A program made the translations under genes and the position numbers. The notes under the pieces were generated by a model. That model was not told the origin of the DNA. It saw only the letters and a list, made by a program, of their open reading frames with translations, and did not search any database. DNA of 63,962 nt, counting the filler, from Sanchytrium tribonematis (taxonomy: Eukaryota): NCBI GenBank assembly GCA_018985235.1. It is 6 parts of 6 records of this genome, joined end to end, with 100 filler letters (N's around TTAATTAATTAA, not from the genome) between each part and the next. Parts side by side here need not be neighbours in the genome. Positions count along the whole stretch, not along the records: positions 42,943 to 53,529 come from JADGIG010000290.1; positions 53,630 to 63,962 come from JADGIG010000300.1; 4 more parts are not named here. One strand, given 5' to 3'. Shown here piece by piece: positions 45,901-56,434 of this stretch; position 1 is the first letter of the stretch, and every line of letters starts with the position of its first letter.

Positions 45901-46194
45901 TCGATCAATAGATATTTGCAAAAATTGAGCGACAAAAAATCCAACCGCAACCATACCAATAAAGCCGTGATTAAAAAAACTACAAATATAGCATCCTAGA
46001 ACTAACGCGCCAATAAGAGCGTGATTTTTGGCAATATCAATCCATGACATTGGTATTAGCCCCAAAACTAAACCGTTATCGCCCTCTTTCTTATCAGTAC
46101 TAAATAATGTGCGTCTTTTCAAGAGGTTATCTTTAATGACTGTAGTTTTTTTATCACTTAAAGTTAAACTTTCAGGCAAAGCAGGTTGTTCCAT
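42943..46194 (-). CDS. Tricalbin / extended synaptotagmin (3'-truncated; exons 46194-43938, 43918-42943)
   Basis: N-terminal TM hairpin, SMP domain (ERVEWLN..KYW..FEPVLS), multiple C2 domains (SDPYC, NPRFEE). Confidence 0.9.
43919..43937 (-). other. 19-nt spliceosomal intron
   Basis: GTATTATTTATTAACTTAG; spliced GNFD|SAFLQIAIH continues into the next C2 domain. Confidence 0.9.
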
Positions 46195-46235
46195 ATGGGG
46201 CAGTTTTAAAATTAGATAAAATCAAGAGATTGAAT

Positions 46236-47255
46236 TTATTTATCCAGCGATCTTTCTAAAATCTTGCTGACAATAGTATCGGCAATCAAAAAATGCTCAT
46301 CAGAAATAGAAATAACAGAAATAATATCAGGAAGAACAAATACGTTTTCCATTAGGCATTCATATTCTATCACCTTAATTTGATCCGGATTGCCTAAATG
46401 ATCAATGGCTTTCAAAGTATTACTCAAATAATACATTTTGCCATCGTGATTTAGGCCATACAATATAGAGTCATTGACTTGTTGCACTTCTAGTGAAGCA
46501 GTGATATCTGATTCTACGATAATAGAATACCAAACAGTTTCCTTTTTCTTATGCACAAAGTTACCAGGAAGTAAGTGGATATGACTAGAATCAATAACTA
46601 TTTTTGAAGATTTAAATTGGCCGTATTGAGTTTTGAAGTGAAATTCATTATCAATGCTGGATATGCTGGAAACTTGAGAATTCATCATTTGAAGACCACC
46701 CAAGACAGCTGATTTCCTTGTAAGCAGCTGCGTTAATTCGGCTTCCAGAAAATACTCGTTGACAAGATGAGGGGACTGAGATTGAAAAGCCACAGCTTTT
46801 TCGATGGATTGCTTACTAAATCCTAAATAATCATTTTTGATAATATTCAAAAAAGAATTTAAATTAGTTGGTAACTCAAAATCCACAGCAAGATCTTGTA
46901 TAAAATACTCCATATATTTCATTATGAGTCTTTTTTCTTTTAATGTAAAGTCTGAATTAAATACATCCTGCTTTGTCATTGGCATTTTAATTCCATTTAT
47001 CATGATTCCTTGGCTTATCAGAAACTCGATATCTTTTTGCAATTTGTGTTCAATGATAAAGTCGACCCATTTTGATCCACAATTCATTAGAAGAGGTCTC
47101 TTTTCAATGTATTCCGTGTTATTTGTCAACATCGTTACACTAACATTTTCTTTTAGAAGCAGATAACTCACTAATGATCCTGTGAGCTCTATTCCAAATA
47201 TTGCAATATCTGTTGCACCGTCGAGTATCATATCACGAGACAGGCATGACGCCAT
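46236..47255 (-). CDS. Rab escort protein / GDI-like (highly reduced)
   Basis: DIAIFGIELTGSLVS, PMTKQDVFNSDFTLKEKRLIMKY, ELTQLLTRKSAVLGG resemble REP/GDI blocks. Confidence 0.7.
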   Translation of the reverse strand: MASCLSRDMILDGATDIAIFGIELTGSLVSYLLLKENVSVTMLTNNTEYIEKRPLLMNCGSKWVDFIIEHKLQKDIEFLISQGIMINGIKMPMTKQDVFNSDFTLKEKRLIMKYMEYFIQDLAVDFELPTNLNSFLNIIKNDYLGFSKQSIEKAVAFQSQSPHLVNEYFLEAELTQLLTRKSAVLGGLQMMNSQVSSISSIDNEFHFKTQYGQFKSSKIVIDSSHIHLLPGNFVHKKKETVWYSIIVESDITASLEVQQVNDSILYGLNHDGKMYYLSNTLKAIDHLGNPDQIKVIEYECLMENVFVLPDIISVISISDEHFLIADTIVSKILERSLDK

Positions 47256-47451
47256 TGACTATTGTTATCAGGAACTTATCAACGCCAAATTTGCAACCAA
47301 AATGACGCAATCGACCCCGGAAACGTCACGTGTAACCTCCTTTGGAGTGAAATTGCCAAATGATTGGCTCTATGGCTAAATTCGGGGTCTGTGTAGCCGA
47401 TGTTTCCAGATAGTAATCATTATAAATTAAGAGACCACCCTCTTATTTAAG

Positions 47452-47859
47452 ATGGTTGCAAATTGTATTATTGCACCGAATTATTACTATCCTCCCGCAG
47501 TCAAATCAATTGAGTTTGGCTTAGTGCAGCTGGTGAACCAATACTGCTACGTTGATCCTAATGTATTACATAATCTATTGGGTTATGTATCTGCCGAAGT
47601 CATAATCTTGGGTTTGTACTATTTGCATTATACCTGCCGATCTTCAAATCATTTTTTGGTTTGTGTAATTTTGGCGACAAAATATTTGGATGACTACGCC
47701 ATGTCCCTTAAAGCATGGGAAGGCATACTTCAAATTAATTTTAATACTTTGAGGCATTACGAAATGTCAGTACTTAAAGATTTGAGATACTGTTTACATG
47801 TGAAAGAAGATTTCGATTATTTTCGCCAGCAAATTTCAGTTTTATACCCATATTTTTAG
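47452..47859 (+). CDS. Pho80/Pcl-type cyclin (single cyclin box)
   Basis: ILGLYYL, VILATKYLDD..S.KAW, YEMSVLKDLRYCLHV. Confidence 0.8.
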   Translation: MVANCIIAPNYYYPPAVKSIEFGLVQLVNQYCYVDPNVLHNLLGYVSAEVIILGLYYLHYTCRSSNHFLVCVILATKYLDDYAMSLKAWEGILQINFNTLRHYEMSVLKDLRYCLHVKEDFDYFRQQISVLYPYF

Positions 47860-47865
47860 GTCATT

Positions 47866-50310
47866 ATGGAGGTAGAATTGAATTTGAACCCTGTTTTTAG
47901 TCAAGATGAATTGATGCAGCTCAATTCAATTCTGGTTCTACTTCCAACTTCTGATGAGCACAAGCAAAAAATAAAGCAATTTATTGATACCTTATTTGAG
48001 CGAGAAAAGTTGCTATCGCAAAAGGTCTTCGAACTGACCGAGACATTCGCAACTGCAGCTCTTTCTGAGACTACAACTATATCAGACATAAAAAAACAAA
48101 ATGCGAAGTATCAAATTGATATAAAGAAGGCTTGGAATCTGTTAGAGATTGCCCATCAAAAGGAAATGGAGCAAACTCAGCAAATATCGGTCTTAACTTT
48201 TAAGATTGACACGATTATGTCGAGTGGAAATGACTTACAACTGTTGACACTATCGCAAGATAACAAGGAACTGAAACAGGATAAGAATGACTTGAACGAA
48301 CAAGTGCGCCAATTGCAAAAAGACAAGGGTGAAATTGTTAACAAGCTTTCAAAAAATGAGGAAAACACGCAAATTTTAAATTCAAAGTGCTCTCAAATGG
48401 AAAACGATTTTTATAATTTGCAACAAATGCTAAATCAAGCTGAAATTTCTTTGGGTATCAAAGACGATGAACTTACCAACTTTAAAGCCCAATCAGAATA
48501 CAAAGAGGTAGAGCTTAAAAGCCGGAATGAATTGATCACATATCTTAAGGAAGAGTTAAAAAATGTTGAGAAAGGACTCGAGGAAGAGCGAAAGCTTAAG
48601 GATTTTACTTTCAAAGAGCTTGAGTTGGCAAATACAACTTTAAAAAAATTAGAGTCACAAGTGAAAGCTTTGAAAAAAGAGCGCATAGAGGGAGAGGCTA
48701 AGTTGAAAATGATTGAGTTCGAGATGAAAACTCAGGAAAAAGATTACGAGGTTTTATCACTAGATAAGCAGAACAGCGACCGTCTCAAAGATGGATTAGT
48801 CAGAAAAATGCAAGGTGTTGAAAGCAAGAAAGCCGAGCTTAAAGCTCTGCTCGACCTTAAAGATGATAGTATTTTCAACCTCGAAAGAGAGATTGTATGC
48901 TTACGGGAAGAAACAGACGCAACAAGAGAGGAAAATAGACAGCTTAAAAATTTGAACGACAAGCTCAAAGAGTCAAATAGTGAACTTCAGGTGAAGAATT
49001 CTAATGGGTTGTATAATTTGAAACAATTGGAAATCGACATCATTAGCCACAAAAAGGCAAACAAAACGTTTCAAGAAGAAGCCATAAAGATGCGCAAAAT
49101 CATTGAGGCACTAGAACATGAGCAGTGTGACTTCCAAACAAGAATTCATACCAAGGACAAATCGATAAAAGATTTAGACCAGGAAATTTTAGGACTTAAA
49201 GAGGAACTATACGAACAAACCCAACAGACTATCGAACTCAAAAAGAAATTTTCAAACCACCAAAACTTGTATGAACAAACCAGAAGCGATCGAAACAGGT
49301 ATGCTAAAGATGTTATGGATGTCAACTCCGAGTTAAAGGATTCACGCGTCAAATTAGAAGCTATGACACATCAAATTTTGCAGCTCGAGCAACAATTACA
49401 AAGTAAAAATGAGTCGTCAACTAAGAACCACTTTTCCGTTCTGAAAATTTCAAAAGAAAAAGAACATCTAATTGAAGAAATTGATTTATTGACCAGGCAA
49501 AGTAAAATATCGAAGTGTAAAATTGAGGAACTGAAATCTGATAATATTCAATTAAGCCAAAACTCGAATGATTATTGTGAAGAGATACAGAAATATCAGT
49601 TGAAAATAGACGATCTTAATCGAAAAAATGAAAGCCAGCAACAATTAATAGAAAAGAAGTCGGGAAAAATAGATGAAGAAGTTGCCAAAGTTGAAAGATT
49701 ACAAGGTCAGTTAGATAGATCGACGAAGGATATGAGAGAAATAGATTTTAAAAACAAATCTTTGAATGATGAGGTGAAGCATTATCAGAAAAAAATTCGG
49801 CTGATAGAACTACACGGCAAAAATGTTTTCAAATTTCAGCAGGAAGTCATTGAATTGAAAAAACAACTTTTGGATGAGCAAATTAGAGGCAAAGCTTTAC
49901 AAGAAGAAATGGATAGACCCCAAAATATACACCATTGGAGATCAATTCAAGCTGTGGATCCTGATCGGTATAGTCTCATGGAGAAAGTCGCAGACTTACA
50001 GCGCAAATTGATTAAAAAAGACGACGAGATACTAAAAGTTCAAAATTCATTGTCAGTAACCAAAAATTTAAATGATGATTTAAACAGAATTTTATCTAGG
50101 GTACCATCAACTGACATTATAATGGAAATAGAATCTTTGAAAAGCACTTCTAGTAAAAAAACTTCCCAAATTCAAGCTTTAGAATCAGAAATAAAAATGT
50201 ATAGAGACTGCATTGGTAACAAATCGAAAGAAATTGAGCTTCTCAAAACAAAACTGAATGAATCCAAATCCTCATTGCCTAAAAAGATTAGAATGGTGAA
50301 TATAAAATAA
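47866..50310 (+). CDS. CFAP58: Cilia- and flagella-associated protein 58-like coiled-coil protein
   Basis: Long coiled coil with LYEQTRSDRNRYAK and KALQEEMDRPQNIHHWRSIQAVDP, resembling CFAP58 signatures. Confidence 0.78.
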   Translation: MEVELNLNPVFSQDELMQLNSILVLLPTSDEHKQKIKQFIDTLFEREKLLSQKVFELTETFATAALSETTTISDIKKQNAKYQIDIKKAWNLLEIAHQKEMEQTQQISVLTFKIDTIMSSGNDLQLLTLSQDNKELKQDKNDLNEQVRQLQKDKGEIVNKLSKNEENTQILNSKCSQMENDFYNLQQMLNQAEISLGIKDDELTNFKAQSEYKEVELKSRNELITYLKEELKNVEKGLEEERKLKDFTFKELELANTTLKKLESQVKALKKERIEGEAKLKMIEFEMKTQEKDYEVLSLDKQNSDRLKDGLVRKMQGVESKKAELKALLDLKDDSIFNLEREIVCLREETDATREENRQLKNLNDKLKESNSELQVKNSNGLYNLKQLEIDIISHKKANKTFQEEAIKMRKIIEALEHEQCDFQTRIHTKDKSIKDLDQEILGLKEELYEQTQQTIELKKKFSNHQNLYEQTRSDRNRYAKDVMDVNSELKDSRVKLEAMTHQILQLEQQLQSKNESSTKNHFSVLKISKEKEHLIEEIDLLTRQSKISKCKIEELKSDNIQLSQNSNDYCEEIQKYQLKIDDLNRKNESQQQLIEKKSGKIDEEVAKVERLQGQLDRSTKDMREIDFKNKSLNDEVKHYQKKIRLIELHGKNVFKFQQEVIELKKQLLDEQIRGKALQEEMDRPQNIHHWRSIQAVDPDRYSLMEKVADLQRKLIKKDDEILKVQNSLSVTKNLNDDLNRILSRVPSTDIIMEIESLKSTSSKKTSQIQALESEIKMYRDCIGNKSKEIELLKTKLNESKSSLPKKIRMVNIK

Positions 50311-50312
50311 AT

Positions 50313-51056
50313 TTACTCAAATTTTTTCAAGCGTTTCTCCGTTCGTTTGTTTTTGCTACTAACTGCATCTGTACTCTTGCTAATGTTGCCAATTCTTTCA
50401 TTTTGGGCCTTTATTTCTTCATTTTGGGCCATCGCCATTAGTTTGAGGTTCTTTAAAGCCGAGGATGAAAAATTTATATTATCATCAATTTCTTTTTCTA
50501 CTTGACAATTCTCTTCACCTTCCAAGTAATTATTTCTTGTACGACTAGCCTTAGAATTGGGACTTCTGCCTCGTTGGCGATTCATCTGAATTATTTCATC
50601 GTTCGTTTCCTCTAATCTTGAATTTGATGGCCGTTTTTGTCCTAATTCCTCACGGACTTGTTTCTCCCTCTTGTTATGTTTTTCGTTAGCTCGATTATTT
50701 TTACTTCTGTGGTAATATTTTAAAGGATTTGCAGCGGAAGTAATGAAATTCTTATTCAGTTGCTCTAATTCATCAGTTTTTGTGATAGCTTTATCTGCAT
50801 GAACATCAACAAGATTCATATTATCTTCGATATTATTAAGTTTGTCACGTTGTTCACTTAAATTCATAGAGTTTATGGCGGCCATTCGCTGGCTTTCTTC
50901 CAAAAGGCGTCTTGTATTTCTGGAAGATTGAAGACTTTTTTGCTTAGTGATATCGATTCTGTCTTTCATGACATCAATCTCAGCTCCCTCATCAACTTTA
51001 GAGCTTCTGGATTTTCTTGAAGATTGCCTACTCCCACGGATAGAATGATTTGTCAT
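50313..51056 (-). CDS. SEC9: Sec9/SNAP-25-like Qbc SNARE
   Basis: Two SNARE motifs (SLQSSRN..LSEQRDKLNNIE; EKEIDDNI..LKNLKLMA..EIKAQNERI). Confidence 0.8.
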   Translation of the reverse strand: MTNHSIRGSRQSSRKSRSSKVDEGAEIDVMKDRIDITKQKSLQSSRNTRRLLEESQRMAAINSMNLSEQRDKLNNIEDNMNLVDVHADKAITKTDELEQLNKNFITSAANPLKYYHRSKNNRANEKHNKREKQVREELGQKRPSNSRLEETNDEIIQMNRQRGRSPNSKASRTRNNYLEGEENCQVEKEIDDNINFSSSALKNLKLMAMAQNEEIKAQNERIGNISKSTDAVSSKNKRTEKRLKKFE

Positions 51057-51285
51057 CAATGTAGGGTAGCCAGTTGCTTTTTAACGTATGATATTAATTA
51101 AATTCATTTTGGACCAATCACAATTAATTGGACCTTGTAGCTCTAATGTAACTCGGTCAAAAAAACTTGCAACGTATACCAGATTAACCCACGGTTGTAT
51201 CCAAACATAACAACTAGATTTTCACACGGAAGTGGCAAATATCTATGATTGGCGGATTCTCATACGTTACATTTCTCCAGCAAAA

Positions 51286-52895
51286 ATGCAATCAAACTTC
51301 ACCCAACTTGATCCTTTGAGTCCACTTTCACGGATCAAAAGGGTTATTGATCAAGAATTTCGAGTGGAAAAACTTTTGCGAGCAAAAGATATTACCGACT
51401 TAACTCAACTTGAAGAAAAAGTTGCATTTTTAATTGAAGAAACACAGAGGCCTTATGTATCTCCAATTAGCGCCATTGAACCCTCTCCAATACTTAGTAG
51501 GAAAGATAGCATTCCCGTAATATTTCAAGACACTATGGGACAGTACATTAAATTGACTTGCAAAGTTTGTTCTCGCAGCAATTTTAATAGTCCGCAGGCT
51601 CTTATCGCCCATTCTCAAACTTCTCATAATATTAGTTTGGGAACCCCAAAGGAAGCTATTATGGAATGCGGAAGTATTTTAGATTACCATGAAATTCCTG
51701 AAGATACAGATTTAAAAAATCTTAATTATGCTGTTAGCACTTCTCCAAATCAATCGATCCCGGAGTCCCGAGTACAATCCCCTCCTCAAGCGGAAGATGG
51801 TAGAATGAAACGTGGTGCGATCGAATTACCTAAAGTCAAACTAAACACAATTAATCCACCTGATCCAACATTCTATATCAAAAGATCAGTTATAATAGGT
51901 AATATTAATCAATTTATAGCCCCTGAAAATAGAATAACAAATTACGAAAAATGCGCCTATAGATGGATGCTTTTTGTGAGAACTAAGTTTGCTATCGATA
52001 TTACCACTTTTGTCGCGAAAGTACGCTTTTACTTTCATAATTCTTATAAACCGCATGAGGTGGTAGATGTCACTAGTCCACCCTTTTATGTGACAAGACT
52101 AGGATGGGGCGAATTTATTTCCAGAATTCAGATTTTCTTCCACGACAGTAGAAATTCTCCTATAGATATCCCATACCATTTAAAACTAGATCAGCAATGT
52201 ATTGGTAAAGAGGTTTTGGGAGACGAAAAGTTTTACGAATTAAATTTGCGTAAAGACACCAGGTTTGAGCCTCCTAGAAATTTTCCAGGTCATGACAAAT
52301 TTGTTCCTAATTTTTTAGAATCACCGATAGACAGTTCTTTGGTGGAAGAGGCTAGATCTCCGGCAACCAAATCCCAATCGCAACCACGAATAGAAAAAAT
52401 TCCAAGTATATCAAATTGCAAATTTTGTGGAAGTGAGTCTCCACATGAGGTTCCTAGGAATTTGTTTGTTTCTGAAAACAATAACGTGGAAGATTTGGAA
52501 AAGAATTTACTATCGGATTTTTCTCTTGTAAACAGGCCGAATTTTAATCACCTCGTTGCCCTAGATACCCCTTCATCGAATCAAATTGAGGCTGTTAAGG
52601 AATTTTCACAGACGGTAACTCGTTGGACTGATAAACTTTTAGATGAAAGTTCATTATACGTCCTCACTCAAGTATTTATATATTTATTTAGGCTGTTAAA
52701 CTTTTCTTAAGTGGACTCATAGACGTATCTTTAAAATACCATAAGAATGGAATACTTTTACCTAGTCAGATAGCTATTGCAATCAAAGATAAGCAGCATT
52801 TTGATTTTCTAACAAGTGAAAATCTCAGCCAGACCGTCCCAGCAACCAAAGAAAAAGAAAGGAAAAAGGACAAAGACGATATGGATTTAGACTAA
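51286..52895 (+). CDS. YEATS2-like protein (exons 51286-52671, 52692-52895)
   Basis: C2H2-like segment; YEATS domain (RWMLFVR, KVRFYFHNSY, PPFYVTRLGWGEF); spliced exon adds histone-fold-like PSQIAIAIKDKQHFDFLT. Confidence 0.85.
52672..52691 (+). other. 20-nt spliceosomal intron
   Basis: GTATTTATATATTTATTTAG; spliced VLTQ|AVKLFLSGLID opens a 68-codon exon. Confidence 0.88.
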
Positions 52896-52930
52896 ATTTA
52901 TTAATATTTAATTTTTACTGTTTAATAAAA

Positions 52931-53529
52931 TTAGGCTTTATTCCTTCCTTTTATGATAAATATTCCAATTTTTAGAGATTCATACAATAGCTCCCTTAAA
53001 TCATTATTCAAATAGCTAGTTGATAAACACGTGATTTCTTGATATTGCAAAATGTCAGTCAGGCTGGACATCAATTGTAAGATTATTTGATCTTTCCTAT
53101 CGCTATCTTTTTTGACCCAATAAGTCTTGAGATTACCGAGGTATTGTAGGCACAATATTAATGACTGAATTGAGGTTCTTTATAAACAAAAAATACTCTT
53201 TAGTTGGCATAGTTCTATTTTCATTCAATTCTAAATAAAAACTTCTTGTGGCTGCAAGAACTCTCTCCAAAAGTAGAAAATGCAAATCTTCATTTTCATT
53301 ATCTGAAAGCGAACTGACCTGAAATTTAAATATTGCTTCCAAAGTCTGTAGGTCAATCATGTCATTCATTAATTGAAGTTGACCGTTGTTATATTTTAGC
53401 CCAAAGGATTTGTAAAACCTTTCTTTATCGTTGCCAATGTCTTTCGACGCATCTCTCAGTTCAAGTATCTTATCAAGCCCTTTCACCAAATCACCTACCA
53501 ACGCGCTGTCAATTTTGTCTGCTTTTATA
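52931..53529 (-). CDS. Hypothetical helical protein, 3' part (partial; exons 53529-53197, 53177-52931)
   Basis: Two overlapping ORFs are joined in frame by a 19-nt intron. Confidence 0.6.
53178..53196 (-). other. 19-nt spliceosomal intron
   Basis: GTATTTTTTGTTTATAAAG; spliced MPTKE|TSIQSLILCLQY. Confidence 0.75.
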
Positions 53530-53629
53530 NNNNNNNNNNNNNNNNNNNNNNNNNNNNNNNNNNNNNNNNNNNNTTAATTAATTAANNNNNNNNNNNNNNN
53601 NNNNNNNNNNNNNNNNNNNNNNNNNNNNN
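53530..53629. other. Artificial contig linker
   Basis: N44-TTAATTAATTAA-N44. Confidence 0.97.
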
Positions 53630-54612
53630 AAAAGCTAACTATGGTACAAAAGTTGGAACTAACCCGGCGTCTAATGAAAGGTTATGTTGCAAATCGCAGT
53701 GATACCAGGATTCAATCCCTAGAGGTTGCCGTTTTAGACTATAACAAAAGTTTGAGCTACTATGGTTTGCGTGACCACCAAGTGGAGAAGACCGCAATAT
53801 CTCGACATGATGCGATATATTTATTAGTAGTCAGGATTGTATTATTGTTGACTTATGTTGCATTTGCAATTCCTTTTGCCCTACTGAATCTCCCAATTGC
53901 TCTTATCGCATCCGTCTTGTCTCAACGTAAGGCTGCAGAAGCTCTTCGAGGAAGCAGTGTGAAGCTCGAAGGGCGAGATGTCCTGTCTACTTGGAAAATT
54001 TTGTTTGGTTTGGCCCTTCTTGCGGTTTTTTATTCCATATACACTATCGCATATTTTGCTCTTTTGATTAATTATGATTATGGAATACTCTACAGTATCA
54101 AACATGCTCTCTATTTCTTCATCATGCTACCTTTTGGGACTTATGCTTCCATGCGATTAGGGGAAACCGGCATCGATATTTACAAATCTCTTAATCCATT
54201 ATGGTATGTGGTCTTTCCAAATGTATTCTATTATCAACCTACAGAAAGACTACGAGAGATGCGGTCCAATCTAGCCACAAAAATTAATACGGTTATCAAT
54301 GAGATGGGCCCAGCATTATTTCCAGATTTTCAGGTTTATTTCCTTTCAGACAAGGCACTAGAAGATGATGTAGCTAAAAACCAATTGGGTTTGAATTTAA
54401 ATTTTCTTTCAGTGTTTAAAAGCAATGAGAACTTTTCAAAGCAGTCATCTCCTTCAGAAAATGCTTGGGAATTAGTTGACAAGAAAGATTTTGATAAGGC
54501 CACAAGCAGCGACACCCAAGGCGAATCAGTAATACAGCGATTAGAAAAAATAATTCAAGATGAAGATGCTTTAGAGATCAATTCAAATATACGAAAGAGG
54601 ATCGTCGAATAA
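53630..54612 (+). CDS. Glycerol-3-phosphate O-acyltransferase (Sct1/Gpt2-like), C-terminal part (partial)
   Basis: ELTRRLMKGY, GLRDHQV, KAAEALRGSSVKLEGRDVLSTWK, GETGIDIYKSL.PL. Confidence 0.88.
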
Positions 54613-54737
54613 ATGTCGATTTAAATTATTTAAGTTCAGAATAAGTCATTCAATCATGTGCATTGATGGCTATCAAGGATTGTGGAAGCAAGCTTTTATT
54701 TGATGTTTGAGGATAGATTTGAAACGAAATCACCCCA

Positions 54738-55497
54738 ATGGAAATATCTCAGAATAATCAAAGTTGTTCAAATTGTCATACGACTTCAACGCGTCAATGG
54801 AGAAAAATCCCTGACGGATCAATTGTCTGCAATTCTTGTGGTCTATATTATTTAGTTGAAAAAGTTCTTCCATCAAATATACCTAATTCACCAAAATTCA
54901 CTCTTCCGTCCATAGAAGATCTTAAACTCCCTAAGCCTAAATGCAGTGGACCATCAAAATGTAATGGAAGTGGAGGTAGCGAAAATTGTCGCGGATGCCC
55001 TACCTTAAATCAAGGCAACTATCAATCTGGTGGAATAAATTGCTCCAACTGCGGAACTTCATCCACACCGTTATGGAGAAGATCACCTGATGGGAGCCCT
55101 CTCTGCAACGCTTGTGGTCTTTATGTGAAATTACATGGTAGCATTCGCTGATTTAGGAAAAAATAGACCAAGTAACATGAAAAATGCAACAATCAAGAGA
55201 CGAAGGCGACTTCCGGTAATACCTATGGGGCCAAGGGTAGAAACACCTCAATTAAATGGATTTGATCAAGCAATTGTCTCTCAGCACGTTTCGATGTTTG
55301 GAAACTCATTAGTTTTAAATTCACAAACTATAAATCCATCAAGTCTGAGAGACATGCTGAATAATGTGAGCAGTTTCCAGGCATTTTTGTATGACGCTCT
55401 TTTGAAATTAGAAGCACAAGATCCTTCTCAGTCGCAAGTTAAGCCAAACATACAACCTAGAACACAATTAATGACTCCAATCGACATGGATAATTAA
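54738..55497 (+). CDS. SreA/Fep1/Urbs1-type iron-responsive GATA factor (exons 54738-55137, 55157-55497)
   Basis: Two GATA fingers flanking the Cys-rich [20 protein letters not shown] iron-sensing motif; spliced [21 protein letters not shown]. Confidence 0.9.
55138..55156 (+). other. 19-nt spliceosomal intron
   Basis: GTAGCATTCGCTGATTTAG with CTGAT branch-like motif; restores the GATA basic tail. Confidence 0.94.
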
Positions 55498-55516
55498 AAT
55501 TATGAATAAACTAAAT

Positions 55517-56434
55517 TTATTGTTTAGGGCTTCTTCTCTGCGGCGTTGGTGATATAACTTTTAAAAGTTCAGAGGCATACTCCCTCTTTTGTCTTTTCAT
55601 AGGAGTGGTGAAATGATTTCCTTTTTTCATTAGATTTTGCGGAGGATTACTTTCATAGGTATGTTTAGATATTTTTCGCGCCCTTTCCAAATCTTGAGGG
55701 TCTACCTCAAAATCAAATGGATTTGAATCTAAATCATTTCCACAATCATTGGTTAATTGAAGTGTTATTTCAGAGGTTTCCACTTTTGAACCAGTGTAAG
55801 TAATCGACCTGCCACGATCGTTTGATTCGTTTGATTCCAATTTGTTTTCTGGAAGTTCTATATTGTCATTTATCGAAGCATGTTCTGATAATTTGTCTTC
55901 TAAAGTTTCTCGAAATTTAAGTAAGTCAGCAAAATGCAAAAATTCATCTGGATCTTTTGGCACAGTTGGGATATTTTTAGCTCTCTTTAATACCTGAGCT
56001 ACATTGTCCCCACCAAGAAAATTGGTAATAGTGGAAAGTTGTCTAAAGCATCTTTTAATTGCATCAGTGACAGCTTCCTTCCGAGCAACTTTAAGGCCAG
56101 ATTGTTTTGTTTTTTGGTTGGTTGATTCCCCGTAGCCAATATCCTCTCGAAATGTGCCATCTTTTAAAGTGAGCCTCATAGTACAAAATGTCGAAATATT
56201 GTATCTGGGTTCACTTTCAGTTCCGACATTCTCAATGTCATCAACGCCATGCTCCAGAATAGTGCTATTCCAACCATCAAACCCAAAAATTCTATTTAAA
56301 AATTCAAAATAATGAGATTGTTTGATATATGAGTAACTTCCACCTCCTCCATTTCTTCTGTCAATAAATTCAGGTCCAGCTTTTCGTGTAAGAATCTTTT
56401 GCAATTCTCTTCTTTCTAGAGTAGAGTATTTCAT
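55517..56434 (-). CDS. RAD52: DNA repair protein Rad52
   Basis: GPEFIDRR.GGGG, NRIFGFDGWN, RLTLKDGTFREDIGYG, ARKEAVTDAIKR. Confidence 0.92.
   Translation of the reverse strand: MKYSTLERRELQKILTRKAGPEFIDRRNGGGGSYSYIKQSHYFEFLNRIFGFDGWNSTILEHGVDDIENVGTESEPRYNISTFCTMRLTLKDGTFREDIGYGESTNQKTKQSGLKVARKEAVTDAIKRCFRQLSTITNFLGGDNVAQVLKRAKNIPTVPKDPDEFLHFADLLKFRETLEDKLSEHASINDNIELPENKLESNESNDRGRSITYTGSKVETSEITLQLTNDCGNDLDSNPFDFEVDPQDLERARKISKHTYESNPPQNLMKKGNHFTTPMKRQKREYASELLKVISPTPQRRSPKQ

Noticed and set aside
47325..47332. GTCACGTG E-box upstream of the Pho80-like cyclin (also CACGTG at 58464-58469)
   Set aside because: Single short motifs cannot be distinguished from chance without genome-wide or binding data.
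47901..49352. Series of short Ser/Phe/Leu-rich minus-strand ORFs
   Set aside because: Antisense shadows of the Glu/Lys-rich CFAP58 coiled coil.
53117..53136. Apparent non-canonical intron starting GTAATCTCAAG on the minus strand
   Set aside because: No AG at the required distance; the canonical 19-nt intron at 53178-53196 explains the frameshift.
54334..54354. Possible in-frame 21-nt intron GTTTATTTCCTTTCAGACAAG in the acyltransferase gene
   Set aside because: Lacks the GTA start and -6 A / -8 T consensus, and the ORF is open without splicing.
29015..55497. Iron gene cluster (VIT transporter plus SreA-type GATA), or Rad52/Mgm101 co-location
   Set aside because: The genes lie on different concatenated contigs, so the proximity is artificial.
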